Assembly (NCBI RefSeq): GCF_016127575.1 | Contig: NZ_CP066018.1 | Span: 2,160,001-2,192,000 of the forward strand | Direction of reading: 5' to 3' | Source: Cupriavidus necator | GTDB lineage: Bacteria; Pseudomonadota; Gammaproteobacteria; Burkholderiales; Burkholderiaceae | DNA: 32,000 bases | Part shown: positions 14,244 through 24,947 of the stretch, one piece after another | Position numbering within the stretch: position 1 is the stretch's first letter | Layout: each line of letters starts with the position of its first letter | The notes under the pieces: model-generated | The model's input: the letters and a program-made list of their open reading frames with translations, nothing else | Told to the model about the DNA's origin: nothing | The model's database searches: none | Made by a program: the position numbers and the translations under genes

Positions 14244-15290
14244 TCAGGGGCGCTTGCGCCCCGTCAGTGCGTCGGGATTGCGGCTGAAGTCCGCCAGGAA
14301 GCCCTGCAGGCTGACCACCGGCTCCTGCAGCAGGTGGCGCGGCAGGTCGAACAGCGCGTAAATGAATTCTTCATTGCCTTCGCAGCGCTCGGCCGGCAGG
14401 CAGTATTGTTCCCAGTCCACGCACGCCGGCGTGTACATGCCGTTGCCGGGCCAGAAGAACGGCACCAGCCGGCCTTCGCGCAGGCCTTCGATCAGTGCCG
14501 CCGGGGCATCGTAGGCCTCGGCCGATTCCACCTGGCTCATCAGCCCGGCGCGGGTCTCGATCACCATCAGCGTGGCGTGGCCCTGCGCGGTCAGCAGCAG
14601 GATGCCGGCCGGGTTGGGGTACAGGTAGTACTCGACAAAGCCATAGCGCGCGATCAGCTGGCGCACGCGCTCGGTGATGGCCGGATCGGACAGGAACGAA
14701 AAGGAATGCCGCGTCAGCAGCTCGCGCAGCGTGCGCGACAGCGTGGCAAAGTACGCCTGCTGCATGGCCTCGATTTCCTGGTCCAGCCGCTCGACCATAT
14801 TGCTTTCATGCTTCTTCACGTAGCGGTCGATCAGCCCGTGGTTGAAGCCCTGCACGGCGATGCTCTCGTCGGCGGTGCCGGTCAGCAGGATGGTCTTGCA
14901 GGGCAGGTCCTGCAGCGCCTGGCAGAATTCCAGCCCGTCCATCTGCGGCATCGAATAGTCGACCACCACCACGCCCGGCTGCAGGAAGCGCTTGAAATCG
15001 TGGATCTGGCGGTAGATGCGGTCGATGTCGAGCTGCACGGTGCGCCGCTCGGTCAGGAAGGTGAGGTCGTCGTGCGTCACGCGCACCGGCAGGAAGCCCG
15101 GGAAGCGGGTGGCATAGGCCTCGCGGATCCATTGCAGCGCTTCACGCGGGTCGGTGAAGGTGATCACCGCGCGCGAGGCATCCATCTGGAACGCCAGGCT
15201 GTCGATGAACGACTTGCTGTCATCGACCAGGACGGTCAGGACCGGGTGATGGAAGACCGACAGGTTCCTGTCGTGCGGGTTGAAGGTCAT
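14244..15290 (-). CDS. Orphan atypical response regulator: receiver domain with an internal insertion plus an approx. 190-aa uncharacterised C-terminal domain (LqsR-like layout)
   Basis: In-frame ATG at 15290 gives MTFNPHDRNLSVFHHPVLTVLVDDSKSF. Receiver landmarks are acidic pair DD (aa 23-24), phospho-acceptor-like D111 in VVVVDYSMPQMDG, T in LLTGTADE and K in RYVKKH. About 45 extra residues sit between the first strand region and the acceptor Asp. The rest has no motif I recognise. The 38 codons upstream (ORF start 15404) have poor third-position GC and overlap the predicted promoter. Confidence 0.7.
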   Translation of the reverse strand: MTFNPHDRNLSVFHHPVLTVLVDDSKSFIDSLAFQMDASRAVITFTDPREALQWIREAYATRFPGFLPVRVTHDDLTFLTERRTVQLDIDRIYRQIHDFKRFLQPGVVVVDYSMPQMDGLEFCQALQDLPCKTILLTGTADESIAVQGFNHGLIDRYVKKHESNMVERLDQEIEAMQQAYFATLSRTLRELLTRHSFSFLSDPAITERVRQLIARYGFVEYYLYPNPAGILLLTAQGHATLMVIETRAGLMSQVESAEAYDAPAALIEGLREGRLVPFFWPGNGMYTPACVDWEQYCLPAERCEGNEEFIYALFDLPRHLLQEPVVSLQGFLADFSRNPDALTGRKRP

Positions 15291-15371
15291 GGAGCGGCGG
15301 GCAGGGGTTCGGCGCAGTGGTTCGGCACGGGCGTGGCGCAAGCGGCAAGCCAGTGTGCGCATTCGCAGGCC

Positions 15372-15399
15372 AGTATAGCGCGCCACGGCTGCCTTGCAA
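15372..15399 (-). promoter_or_regulatory. Candidate sigma70 promoter of the orphan response-regulator gene
   Basis: On the minus strand: TTGCAA (15399-15394), 16-nt spacer, TATACT (15377-15372). This implies an approx. 75-nt leader to the ATG at 15290. A GC hairpin (15443-15466) lies between it and the pntB stop. Confidence 0.4.
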
Positions 15400-15486
15400 G
15401 GCACGCCTTGCAGCCAGGGCCGGCGGCGGGAGGCGCCCGCGGCAGGGCCGGGATGGCCCGGGCCTGCGCGCGGCGCGCGGACGGCC

Positions 15487-16959
15487 TTAGTCGACCGCCT
15501 TGAACATATCCTCGACCACCTTCTTGGCGTCGCCGAACACCATCATGGTCTTGTCCATGTAGAACAGCTCGTTGTCCAGCCCGGCGTAGCCGGCGGCCAT
15601 GGAGCGCTTGTTGACGATGATGGTCTTGGCCTTGTAGGCCTCCAGGATCGGCATGCCGGCAATCGGCGACTGGGGGTCGTTCTTGGCCGCCGGGTTGACC
15701 ACGTCGTTGGCGCCCAGCACCAGCACCACGTCGGCCTGGCCGAACTCGCTGTTGATGTCTTCCATCTCGAAGACCTGGTCGTACGGCACCTCGGCCTCGG
15801 CCAGCAGCACGTTCATATGGCCCGGCATGCGGCCTGCCACCGGGTGGATCGCGTACTTCACGGTCACGCCCTTTTCGGCCAGCTTCTCGGTCAGTTCCTT
15901 GAGCGCGTGTTGGGCGCGCGCCACGGCCAGGCCATAGCCCGGCACGATGATCACGGTCTCGGCGTTGCCCATCAGGAACGCGGCATCGTCGGCGGAACCC
16001 GACTTGACCGGGCGCTGCTGCTGGTCGCCGGTTGCCGCCGCCGCGGTCGCGCCGCCGAAACCGCCCAGCAGCACGTTGAAGAACGACCGGTTCATCGCCT
16101 TGCACATGATGTACGACAGGATCGCACCGGAGGAGCCCACCAGCGAGCCCGCGATGATCAGCATCGGGTTGTTCAGCGAGAAGCCGATGCCCGCCGCTGC
16201 CCAGCCCGAGTACGAGTTCAGCATCGACACCACCACCGGCATGTCGGCGCCGCCGATCGGGATGATGATCAGCACGCCCAGCACGAAGGCGATCGCCAGC
16301 ATGATCAGGAACGGCAGCCAGTCCTGCGACAGGAAGAAGATGACGCCGAAGCCCACCATTGCCACCGCCAGCAGCAGGTTCAGCCAGTGCTGGCCGGCAA
16401 ACACCACCGGCGCGCCCTGGAACAGGCGGAACTTGTAGCGCCCGGCCAGCTTGCCGAAGGCGATCACCGAGCCGGAGAACGTAATCGCGCCGACGAAGCA
16501 GCCGATGAAGAGCTCGATGCGGTTGCCCAGCGGGATCAGGTGCGAGCCTGCCGGGCTGATGCCGAACGCCGCCGGCTCGGCCACCGCCGCCACGGCGATG
16601 AAGACCGCGGCCAGGCCGATCAGCGAGTGCATCGCCGCGACCAGCTCGGGCATCTTGGTCATCTGCACCTTCTTCGCCACGTAGGCGCCGATGCCGCCGC
16701 CGACCACGAGCGCGGCGAAGATCAGCGCCAGGCCCGTGCCCACCGACGACTGGGCCGTGCCCGCCGCGAGGAATTCATTCTTCAGCTTGATGATCAGGAC
16801 CAGCGTGGTCACCACGGCAATGGCCATGCCGATCATGCCGAAGGCATTGCCCTTGCGCGCCGAGGCCGGGTGCGACAGGCCCTTGAGCGCCTGGATAAAG
16901 CAGACCGAGGCCACCAGGTAGAGCAGGGTGACAAGGTTCATGCTGACAAGACCGGTCAT
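15487..16959 (-). CDS. pntB: NAD(P) transhydrogenase subunit beta
   Basis: Polytopic N-terminal half plus C-terminal NADP(H)-binding domain (GYGLAVARAQH...AIHPVAGRMPGHMNVLLAEA). ATG at 16959 overlaps the TGA of pntAB (ATGA). Alternative starts are GTG 16962 and ATG 16941. Confidence 0.93.
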   Translation of the reverse strand: MTGLVSMNLVTLLYLVASVCFIQALKGLSHPASARKGNAFGMIGMAIAVVTTLVLIIKLKNEFLAAGTAQSSVGTGLALIFAALVVGGGIGAYVAKKVQMTKMPELVAAMHSLIGLAAVFIAVAAVAEPAAFGISPAGSHLIPLGNRIELFIGCFVGAITFSGSVIAFGKLAGRYKFRLFQGAPVVFAGQHWLNLLLAVAMVGFGVIFFLSQDWLPFLIMLAIAFVLGVLIIIPIGGADMPVVVSMLNSYSGWAAAGIGFSLNNPMLIIAGSLVGSSGAILSYIMCKAMNRSFFNVLLGGFGGATAAAATGDQQQRPVKSGSADDAAFLMGNAETVIIVPGYGLAVARAQHALKELTEKLAEKGVTVKYAIHPVAGRMPGHMNVLLAEAEVPYDQVFEMEDINSEFGQADVVLVLGANDVVNPAAKNDPQSPIAGMPILEAYKAKTIIVNKRSMAAGYAGLDNELFYMDKTMMVFGDAKKVVEDMFKAVD

Positions 16960-17300
16960 CACGCACCCTCCCTGGCCAGCGCCGGCTTGGACTCAGGCGC
17001 CTTGGCCTTCGGTTCCTTCTTCTTGAACATCTCCAGCATGCGCTGGGTGACCAGGAAGCCGCCGAACACATTGACCGCGGCCAACGCCACCGCCAGCGTG
17101 CCCATCACGCGCCCGACCCCGCCTTCGGTCAGGCCCGCGGCGAGCATGGCGCCGACGATGATGATCGCCGAGATCGCATTGGTCACCGCCATCAGGGGCG
17201 TATGCAGGGCTGGCGTTACCGTCCAGACCACGTGGTAACCCACGTAGATCGCCAGCACGAAGATGATCAGGTTGATCACCGTGTGGTTCACCATCTCCAT
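16959..17300 (-). CDS. pntAB: NAD(P) transhydrogenase subunit alpha, part 2 (membrane part)
   Basis: 113 aa, hydrophobic ([26 protein letters not shown]...[13 protein letters not shown]). GGAGGAG RBS at 17307-17313 (minus strand). Directly coupled to pntB. Confidence 0.9.
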   Translation of the reverse strand: MEMVNHTVINLIIFVLAIYVGYHVVWTVTPALHTPLMAVTNAISAIIIVGAMLAAGLTEGGVGRVMGTLAVALAAVNVFGGFLVTQRMLEMFKKKEPKAKAPESKPALAREGA

Positions 17301-17413
17301 CGACTTCTCCTCCGTTGCTTTGAATCCGGGATGCGGCGTTTTACTGAATTCTTATTGCTGCATTGCGGTCAGGGCACGTCAAGGTCCAGTGGCTCAGATC
17401 GACCCATTGCGTG

Positions 17414-17534
17414 CCCCCTCTCCCGCTTGCGGGAGACGGTTGGGGAGAGGGCAGGCTTGCCCACGAAGTCAGGCCGGCGGTATGCCAGCGCCTGCCCTCT
17501 CCCCCTGCCCCTCTCCCGCAGGCGGGAGAGGGGA
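17414..17534. repeat. Inverted pair of REP-type palindromic elements (GEG/PLP-type, typical of Burkholderiaceae)
   Basis: Copy A (17414-17455) is ccccctctcccgcttgcgggagacggttggggagagggcagg. Copy B (17491-17534) is its near-perfect reverse complement (cctgccctctccccctgcccctctcccgcaggcgggagagggg). Each has an internal tctcccgc/gcgggaga hairpin. The spacer is 35 bp. Copy B ends 8 nt from the panD stop. Confidence 0.7.
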
Positions 17535-17542
17535 GCAAACCC

Positions 17543-17905
17543 TCAGAACTTCTTGATTTCCTTGATGCCGTTCTTCTCGTTCACCAGGATGACCTTGGGC
17601 TTGTAGGCGGCGATTTCCTCGTCGCTCATCGGCGCGTAGGTGCAGATGATCAGCTGGTCGCCCAGGTGCGCGCGGCGGGCCGCGGCGCCGTTCAGCGAGA
17701 TCTCGCCGCTGCCGCGCTCGCCCTTGATGATGTAGGTGGAGAAGCGCTCGCCGTTGTTCACGTTGTACAGCTCGATCTTCTCGAACTCCTTCATGTCGGC
17801 AGCGTCCAGCAGGTCCTGGTCGATGCCGCACGAACCCTCGTAGTTGAGGTCCGCCTGCGTCACGGTGACGCGGTGGAGCTTGGCGCGGAGCATGATGCGT
17901 TGCAT
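17543..17905 (-). CDS. panD: Aspartate 1-decarboxylase proenzyme
   Basis: 120 aa. [29 protein letters not shown] carries the self-processing Gly-Ser site. Conserved along its full length. Confidence 0.95.
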   Translation of the reverse strand: MQRIMLRAKLHRVTVTQADLNYEGSCGIDQDLLDAADMKEFEKIELYNVNNGERFSTYIIKGERGSGEISLNGAAARRAHLGDQLIICTYAPMSDEEIAAYKPKVILVNEKNGIKEIKKF

Positions 17906-17962
17906 GGGTGATACGTCCTTATATTTGATGCAAAAGCAGTGGGCGCATGGCGCCCGTGGAAA

Positions 17963-19084
17963 TTACGCCGCCTCTCGCACGACCTTGCCGTCCCTGCACA
18001 TCAGGCAGGCCGAGACGATGTCGTCTTCAAGGTTCAGCGTGAATTGGCCGTCCTTGTCGACGACCAGCTTGAGGAAGTCCAGCACGTTGCGGGCATAGAG
18101 CGCCGAGGCGTCGGCCGCGACCATGCTGGCCAGGTTGGTGTGGCCGATGATGATGACGCCGTTGTGGTTGACCACTTCGTCGGCCACCGTCAGCGGGCAG
18201 TTGCCGCCCTGTGCCGCGGCCAGGTCCACCACCACCGAGCCGGGTTTCATCTGCGCCACGGTGGTTTCCTGCAGCAGCACCGGTGCCTTGCGGCCCGGGA
18301 TCAGTGCGGTGGTGATGACGATGTCGGCCTGGACCGCGCGCTGGTGCACCAGCTCGGCCTGGCGCTTCATCCAGTCCGGCGGCATCGGGCGGGCATAGCC
18401 GCCCACGCCCTGGGCGATCTCGCGCTCTTCATCGGTGAGGAAGGGCACGTCGAGGAACTTGGCGCCGAGCGATTCGATCTGCTCCTTGACCGCGGGGCGC
18501 ACATCGGAGGCCTCGATCACCGCGCCCAGCCGCTTGGCCGTGGCGATGGCCTGCAGGCCGGCGACGCCCGCGCCCAGGATCAGCACGCGCGCGGCCTTGA
18601 CGGTGCCGGCGGCGGTCATCAGCATCGGCATGAAGCGCTGGTAGTGGTGCGCGGCCACCAGCACGGCCTTGTAGCCGGCGATGTTGGCCTGCGACGACAG
18701 CACGTCCATGCTCTGCGCGCGCGTGGTGCGCGGCGCGGCTTCCAGGGCAAAGGCGGTGATGTTCGCGGCGGACATGCGCGCGTTGTTGTCGGCGTCGAAG
18801 GGATTGAGCATGCCGATCAGCACGGCGCCCGGCTTCATCTGCGCCAGTTCGGCGGCGTCCGGTGCGCGCACCTTGAGCACCAGCTGGGCGCCCAGAGCTT
18901 CGGCGGCGGTGCCGATGGTGGCGCCGACCGCCTCATACGCGCCGTCGGGCTGGCTGGCGCTTACGCCGGCGCCGGCCTGCACGACCACCTTGTGGCCCTG
19001 GGCGACGTACTTCTTGACTGTCTCCGGGGTGGCGGCGACGCGAGTCTCGCCGGCCCGCGTCTCCTGCGGGATGCCGATGTACAT
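17963..19084 (-). CDS. pntAA: NAD(P) transhydrogenase subunit alpha, part 1 (soluble dI, alanine dehydrogenase-like)
   Basis: MYIGIPQETRAGETRVAATPETVKK N-terminus. Rossmann motif LILGAGVAGLQAIATAKRLGA. ATG at 19084 lies 9 nt after AGGAG (19094-19098, minus strand). The ORF track starts 2 codons earlier at a TTG. Confidence 0.93.
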   Translation of the reverse strand: MYIGIPQETRAGETRVAATPETVKKYVAQGHKVVVQAGAGVSASQPDGAYEAVGATIGTAAEALGAQLVLKVRAPDAAELAQMKPGAVLIGMLNPFDADNNARMSAANITAFALEAAPRTTRAQSMDVLSSQANIAGYKAVLVAAHHYQRFMPMLMTAAGTVKAARVLILGAGVAGLQAIATAKRLGAVIEASDVRPAVKEQIESLGAKFLDVPFLTDEEREIAQGVGGYARPMPPDWMKRQAELVHQRAVQADIVITTALIPGRKAPVLLQETTVAQMKPGSVVVDLAAAQGGNCPLTVADEVVNHNGVIIIGHTNLASMVAADASALYARNVLDFLKLVVDKDGQFTLNLEDDIVSACLMCRDGKVVREAA

Positions 19085-19371
19085 CGTCAATTTCTCCTTT
19101 AGCTGGCGTCTTGTGTGGTTGGGCGGACCGACGTCTGGCCCGTGCGCGCCGCAAGCTTAAGCCGCAGCGCAACAATTTTTTCGCAGCTTACAGGAATCTG
19201 ACGTTCAATGGTGACCGGCCGGTCGGCTTTTGCGGCGATCGCCAAAGAGGGAGTTGCAGCCGCCATTCCAGCACCAGCCTGGCTTACCGGCCGGGGGCCA
19301 TGGCGGGCCGGCGGCGCTGCACGATGGGCCCGCAACCGGTAGAATGCGGGATTGCCTAAAAATTGAGCATC

Positions 19372-19875
19372 ATGTCAAGTGACTGGAATGCCAGCGTGAC
19401 CGTTGCCGCCGTGATCGAGCGCGGCGGACGCTTCCTGCTGGTCGAAGAGGAAACCGCCGACGGGCTGCGCCTGAACCAGCCCGCCGGGCATCTGGACCCG
19501 GGCGAGAGCCTGATCCGCGCAGTGATCCGCGAAACCCTGGAAGAGACCGCACACACCTTTGAGCCGCGCGCGCTGCTGGGCTGCTACATGGGCCGTTCGC
19601 TGTCGTCGCGCACCGGCACCGATGTGACCTATGTGCGCTTTGCCTTTACCGGCGACCTGGGCTCGCTCGATGCGGGCCGCCAGCTCGACACCGGCATCGT
19701 GCGCACGGTCTGGATGAGCGCGGAAGAACTGCGCGCCTGCACGGAGCGTCACCGTACGCCGCTGGTGATGGCCTGTGTCAACGACTACCTGGCCGGCAAG
19801 CGCTTTGCGCTGGACGCCTTGTACACGCACCCGTCGGCGCTGGCCGCGGCCGTCCCGCTTGGAGCGCAGCCGTGA
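19372..19875 (+). CDS. NUDIX hydrolase
   Basis: NUDIX box [24 protein letters not shown] at 19372 (the ORF track starts at TTG 19363). The stop overlaps the mnmA start (GTGA). Confidence 0.85.
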   Translation: MSSDWNASVTVAAVIERGGRFLLVEEETADGLRLNQPAGHLDPGESLIRAVIRETLEETAHTFEPRALLGCYMGRSLSSRTGTDVTYVRFAFTGDLGSLDAGRQLDTGIVRTVWMSAEELRACTERHRTPLVMACVNDYLAGKRFALDALYTHPSALAAAVPLGAQP

Positions 19876-20957
19876 GTGGTGCCGGAAAACGTGTCGTGGT
19901 GGGCATGTCGGGCGGGGTCGATTCGTCGGTCACCGCGTGGCTGCTCAAGCAGCAGGGCTACGAGGTCATCGGCCTGTTCATGAAGAACTGGGAGGACGAT
20001 GACGACAGCGAGTACTGTTCAACGCGCCAGGACTGGCTGGACGTGGTCTCGGTGGCCGACCTGATCGGCGTCGACGTGGAGGCGGTCAACTTTGCCGCCG
20101 AGTACAAGGACCGGGTCTTTGCCGACTTCCTGCGCGAATACTCCGCCGGGCGCACGCCCAACCCCGACGTGCTGTGCAATGCCGAGATCAAGTTCAAGGC
20201 CTTCCTCGACCATGCCATGTCGCTGGGCGCGGAAACCATCGCCACCGGCCACTATGCGCGTGTGCGGCAGAACGCGGCCGGCCGGTTCGAGCTGCTCAAG
20301 GCGCTCGACCATACCAAGGACCAGAGCTACTTCCTGCACCGGCTGAACCAGGCGCAGCTGTCGCGCACGCTGTTCCCGCTGGGCGAGATCCCCAAGACGC
20401 GCGTGCGCGAGATCGCCGCCGAGATCGGCCTGCCGAACGCGAAGAAGAAGGACTCCACCGGCATCTGCTTTATCGGCGAGCGTCCGTTCCGCGATTTCCT
20501 GAACCGCTACCTGCCGACCAAGCCGGGCCCGATGAAGACGCCCGAGGGCAAGGTCGTGGGCGAGCATATCGGCCTCGCCTTCTACACGCTGGGCCAGCGC
20601 AAGGGCATCGGCCTGGGCGGCAGCCGCGAGGGCAACGGCGACGCCTGGTATGTGGCGCGCAAGGATATGGCGAACAATACGCTTTACGTGGTGCAGGGCC
20701 ACGACCACCCGTGGCTGCTGACGCCGGTGCTGACCGCGTCGGACCTGTCCTGGGTGGCCGGCGAGCCGCCCGCCGCGGGCGCGGCGATGGCGGCCAAGAC
20801 GCGCTACCGCCAGAGCGATGCGGCCTGCACGGTGCAGGCGGTGGACGGCGACGCGCTGACGCTCCGGTTTGCCGAGGCGCAATGGGCGGTCACGCCCGGG
20901 CAGTCGGCGGTGCTGTATGACGGTGACATCTGCCTAGGCGGCGGCATCATCCAGTAA
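19872..20957 (+). CDS. mnmA: tRNA 2-thiouridine(34) synthase (tRNA-specific 2-thiouridylase)
   Basis: 361 aa. PP-loop [13 protein letters not shown], with NPDVLCN and KDQSYFL motifs. GTG start at 19872 overlaps the NUDIX stop. Confidence 0.95.
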   Translation: MSGAGKRVVVGMSGGVDSSVTAWLLKQQGYEVIGLFMKNWEDDDDSEYCSTRQDWLDVVSVADLIGVDVEAVNFAAEYKDRVFADFLREYSAGRTPNPDVLCNAEIKFKAFLDHAMSLGAETIATGHYARVRQNAAGRFELLKALDHTKDQSYFLHRLNQAQLSRTLFPLGEIPKTRVREIAAEIGLPNAKKKDSTGICFIGERPFRDFLNRYLPTKPGPMKTPEGKVVGEHIGLAFYTLGQRKGIGLGGSREGNGDAWYVARKDMANNTLYVVQGHDHPWLLTPVLTASDLSWVAGEPPAAGAAMAAKTRYRQSDAACTVQAVDGDALTLRFAEAQWAVTPGQSAVLYDGDICLGGGIIQ

Positions 20958-20975
20958 GCGCTGCCGCTGCACGAA

Positions 20976-21002
20976 AAAACACCCGCTCGAGGCGGGTGTT
21001 TT
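20976..21002. terminator. Bidirectional intrinsic terminator between convergent mnmA and GST genes
   Basis: aaaaacacccgc-tcgag-gcgggtgtttt stem-loop with flanking A-run and T-run. Confidence 0.65.
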
Positions 21003-21020
21003 CTTGTCGGCCGCTGTGGA

Positions 21021-21635
21021 TCAGCCGCGCGGCGGTTCCGTATCGATAAACGACTGGCGCTTGGACAGCTTTTCCTCCAGCGCCGCCAGGTTGGGATGGC
21101 GCTCGCGCCAGGCGATCTCGGGGAAGCGGAAATCCAGGTAGGACAGCGCGCAGCCCACCGCCACGTCGGCCAGCGAATAGTGCGTGCCGGTGCAGAAGGG
21201 GCGGTCGGCCAGGCCGTGCGCCATGGCCACCAGCGCCGCATCGATCTTGCCGCGCTGGCGCTGCACCCAGCGTTCGCTGCGCTCATGCGGCTCGCGCTGG
21301 GTGGCCTCCAGGCGCACCAGCAGCGCTGCGTCGAGCAGGCCGTCGGCCAGCGCCTCCCAGCAGCGGACTTCCAGGCGCTCGCGCCCGCCCTGCGGGATCA
21401 ACCGGCTGACCGGCGTCAAGGTGTCGACATATTCGACGATCACGCGCGAATCGAAGATTGCGCCGCCGTCTTCCATGACCAGGCAAGGCACTTTGCCGAG
21501 CGGGTTGAACTGGCCGATCCTGGTCTCGGGCGACCAGACATCCTCTTCGATGAGCTGGCACTCGATCTTTTTCTCCGCCATCACCACGCGCACCTTGCGC
21601 GCGTAGGGACTGGTCCGGGATGCATACAGCTTCAT
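21021..21635 (-). CDS. Glutathione S-transferase family protein
   Basis: 204 aa. GST N-terminal thioredoxin-like domain (MKLYASRTSPYARKVRVVMAEK...LGKVPCLVMEDGGAIFDSRVIVEYV) plus a helical C-terminal domain. Confidence 0.85.
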   Translation of the reverse strand: MKLYASRTSPYARKVRVVMAEKKIECQLIEEDVWSPETRIGQFNPLGKVPCLVMEDGGAIFDSRVIVEYVDTLTPVSRLIPQGGRERLEVRCWEALADGLLDAALLVRLEATQREPHERSERWVQRQRGKIDAALVAMAHGLADRPFCTGTHYSLADVAVGCALSYLDFRFPEIAWRERHPNLAALEEKLSKRQSFIDTEPPRG

Positions 21636-21647
21636 ATTCTCCCCTTG

Positions 21648-23387
<1,740 letters not shown>

Positions 23388-23423
23388 CGCCACATTTCGC
23401 CCCTGAACCGGGGCGACGTGCTG

Positions 23424-23457
23424 CAAAAGCCATCCGCGAGGATGGCTTTTTGCTTTT
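23424..23457 (+). terminator. Intrinsic terminator after purB
   Basis: aaaagccatcc-gcga-ggatggctttt (11-bp stem) followed by tgcttttc. Confidence 0.7.
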
Positions 23458-23516
23458 CTGGCGCAGCGCGGCGGGCAGGTCACTGCGGCTTTGTGCCGCT
23501 TGCGACAGAATGTCAC

Positions 23517-23557
23517 TTCAAAGCATTTGAATAACTTAATGAAGGACTGTCCTTCAT
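23517..23557 (+). promoter_or_regulatory. Two adjacent palindromes in the AT-rich region upstream of the cytochrome b561-yceI-yceI cluster
   Basis: TTCAAA-GCA-TTTGAA (23517-23531) and ATGAAGGAC-T-GTCCTTCAT (23539-23557, perfect 9-bp arms). They lie about 115-155 bp upstream of the ATG at 23672. Confidence 0.35.
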
Positions 23558-23671
23558 CGGCGCACAGCCCGCCGCAATAATGCGAGAATCGTAAGCGCAC
23601 GGGCGGGCCAGCCCCCGCCGGTGCCTTCCCCAAAATTGTGAAACGCTCCTGCGCGGGGCGAGAGGAGTCCG

Positions 23672-24226
23672 ATGCGTTCTACCGCCAACGCCCCCACCGG
23701 CTACGGTGCCACCGCGATCGCCTTGCACTGGGTCATTGCGCTGGCGATCTTCGCCGCGTTCGGGCTCGGCCTGTACATGACCGGCATTCCGGGGCTGACG
23801 CCGACCAAGCTCAAGCTCTACTCCTGGCACAAGTGGCTGGGCGTGACGATCTTCGCGGTTGCCGTGCTGCGCGTGCTGTGGCGTGCAACCCATGCGGCAC
23901 CGCCGGTGGCGCCCGGCACGCCGGCCTGGCAGGCCAAAGCCGCGGCCGGCGCCCATCACCTGCTGTACCTGCTGATCGTGACCGTTCCTATCAGCGGCTA
24001 CCTGTACAGCTCGGCCGCGGGCGTGCCGGTGGTCTACCTGGGCCTGTGGAAGATGCCGGCGCTGCTGGAGAAGAACGACGAACTGAAAGAAATACTCAAG
24101 TTTGTCCATATCTGGCTGAACTACCTGATGGCGGCGGTGGTCGTTGTCCATGCGGCGGCGGCGGTCAAGCACCAGTTCGTCGACCGCGACGGCACGCTGG
24201 GCCGGATGCTGCCGTTCCTGCGCTGA
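23672..24226 (+). CDS. Cytochrome b561 family protein
   Basis: 184 aa, four TM helices with conserved His positions (ALHWVIA, SWHKWLG, HHLLYLL, HIWLNY). GAGGAG RBS at 23662-23667. Confidence 0.9.
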   Translation: MRSTANAPTGYGATAIALHWVIALAIFAAFGLGLYMTGIPGLTPTKLKLYSWHKWLGVTIFAVAVLRVLWRATHAAPPVAPGTPAWQAKAAAGAHHLLYLLIVTVPISGYLYSSAAGVPVVYLGLWKMPALLEKNDELKEILKFVHIWLNYLMAAVVVVHAAAAVKHQFVDRDGTLGRMLPFLR

Positions 24227-24294
24227 GGCGCCGCCCCGGCCAACTTTTTCCGTACCGCGGCGCGCTGCGCCGACCCTGACAGGAGTTTTTTGAG

Positions 24295-24864
24295 ATGAAA
24301 CGCAATTCCCGCCGCGGCTCGCTCGTCATCGCCGCCGTCCTGGCCGCCTCCGGCATCGCAGCCAACCTGGCCTGGGCGCAGGTTGACGCCGCCAAGAGCT
24401 CGGTGACCGCGGTCGCGCGCCAGATCGGTGTGCCGATGGAAGGCAAGTTCAGGAAGTTCGATGCCGCGGTCAGCTTCGACCCGGCCAAGCTGGCGACCTC
24501 GTCGGCCAAGGTCGAGATCGATGTGTCCAGCTTCGAGATCGGCGACGCCGAGACCACCAAGGAAGTGAAGGGCAAGGACTGGTTCGACGCCGCCAAGTAC
24601 CCCAAGGCCGTGTTCCAGTCCACCAGCATCAAGAACGGCACGCCGGGCAAGTACGACGTGGCCGGCAAGCTGACCATCAAGGGCAAGACCGTTGACGTGG
24701 TGGTGCCCGCCACCTACCGCCAGGAAGGCGCCGTGCAGGTGTTCGAGGGCGCGCTGCCGATCAAGCGCACGGTCTTCAATATCGGCGACGGCGAGTGGAA
24801 GGACACTTCCGTGGTGGCCGACGACGTGCAGATCAAATTCCGTATCGTGCTGGCCAAGAAGTAA
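24295..24864 (+). CDS. YceI-family periplasmic (polyisoprenoid-binding-like) protein
   Basis: 189 aa. Signal peptide ending ANLAWA. YceI-type pattern ([16 protein letters not shown]...[14 protein letters not shown]...GKLTIKGKT). AGGAG RBS. Confidence 0.9.
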   Translation: MKRNSRRGSLVIAAVLAASGIAANLAWAQVDAAKSSVTAVARQIGVPMEGKFRKFDAAVSFDPAKLATSSAKVEIDVSSFEIGDAETTKEVKGKDWFDAAKYPKAVFQSTSIKNGTPGKYDVAGKLTIKGKTVDVVVPATYRQEGAVQVFEGALPIKRTVFNIGDGEWKDTSVVADDVQIKFRIVLAKK

Positions 24865-24947
24865 CAAGCAAGGCCGGCATTCCGCTGACGTACCCAATCG
24901 GCGTTCGTGAGAACGTTCCGCCCCAACCTGATTTGTCGGGAGATTCC

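Noticed and set aside
14244-15404. Longer 386-aa version of the response-regulator ORF.
   Set aside because: The 38 extra N-terminal codons are Arg-rich with poor GC3. They overlap the TTGCAA-N16-TATACT promoter-like element. The receiver domain begins right after the Met at 15290.
10317-17238. Long ORFs antisense to well-supported genes: 10317..11765(-), 11573..12841(-), 12909..14060(-), 14334..15503(+), 15394..17238(+).
   Set aside because: Each lies opposite a well-supported gene (proA, hemJ/HCCA isomerase, THUMP methyltransferase, the response regulator, pntB/pntAB). Each has shadow-ORF composition.
17341-17911. ORFs 17341..17538(-), 17363..17911(+) and 17263..17556(+) crossing the REP region.
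   Set aside because: Their GEG/PLP/SPA-rich peptides are the translation of the palindromic REP copies in both orientations. 17363..17911 is otherwise antisense to panD.
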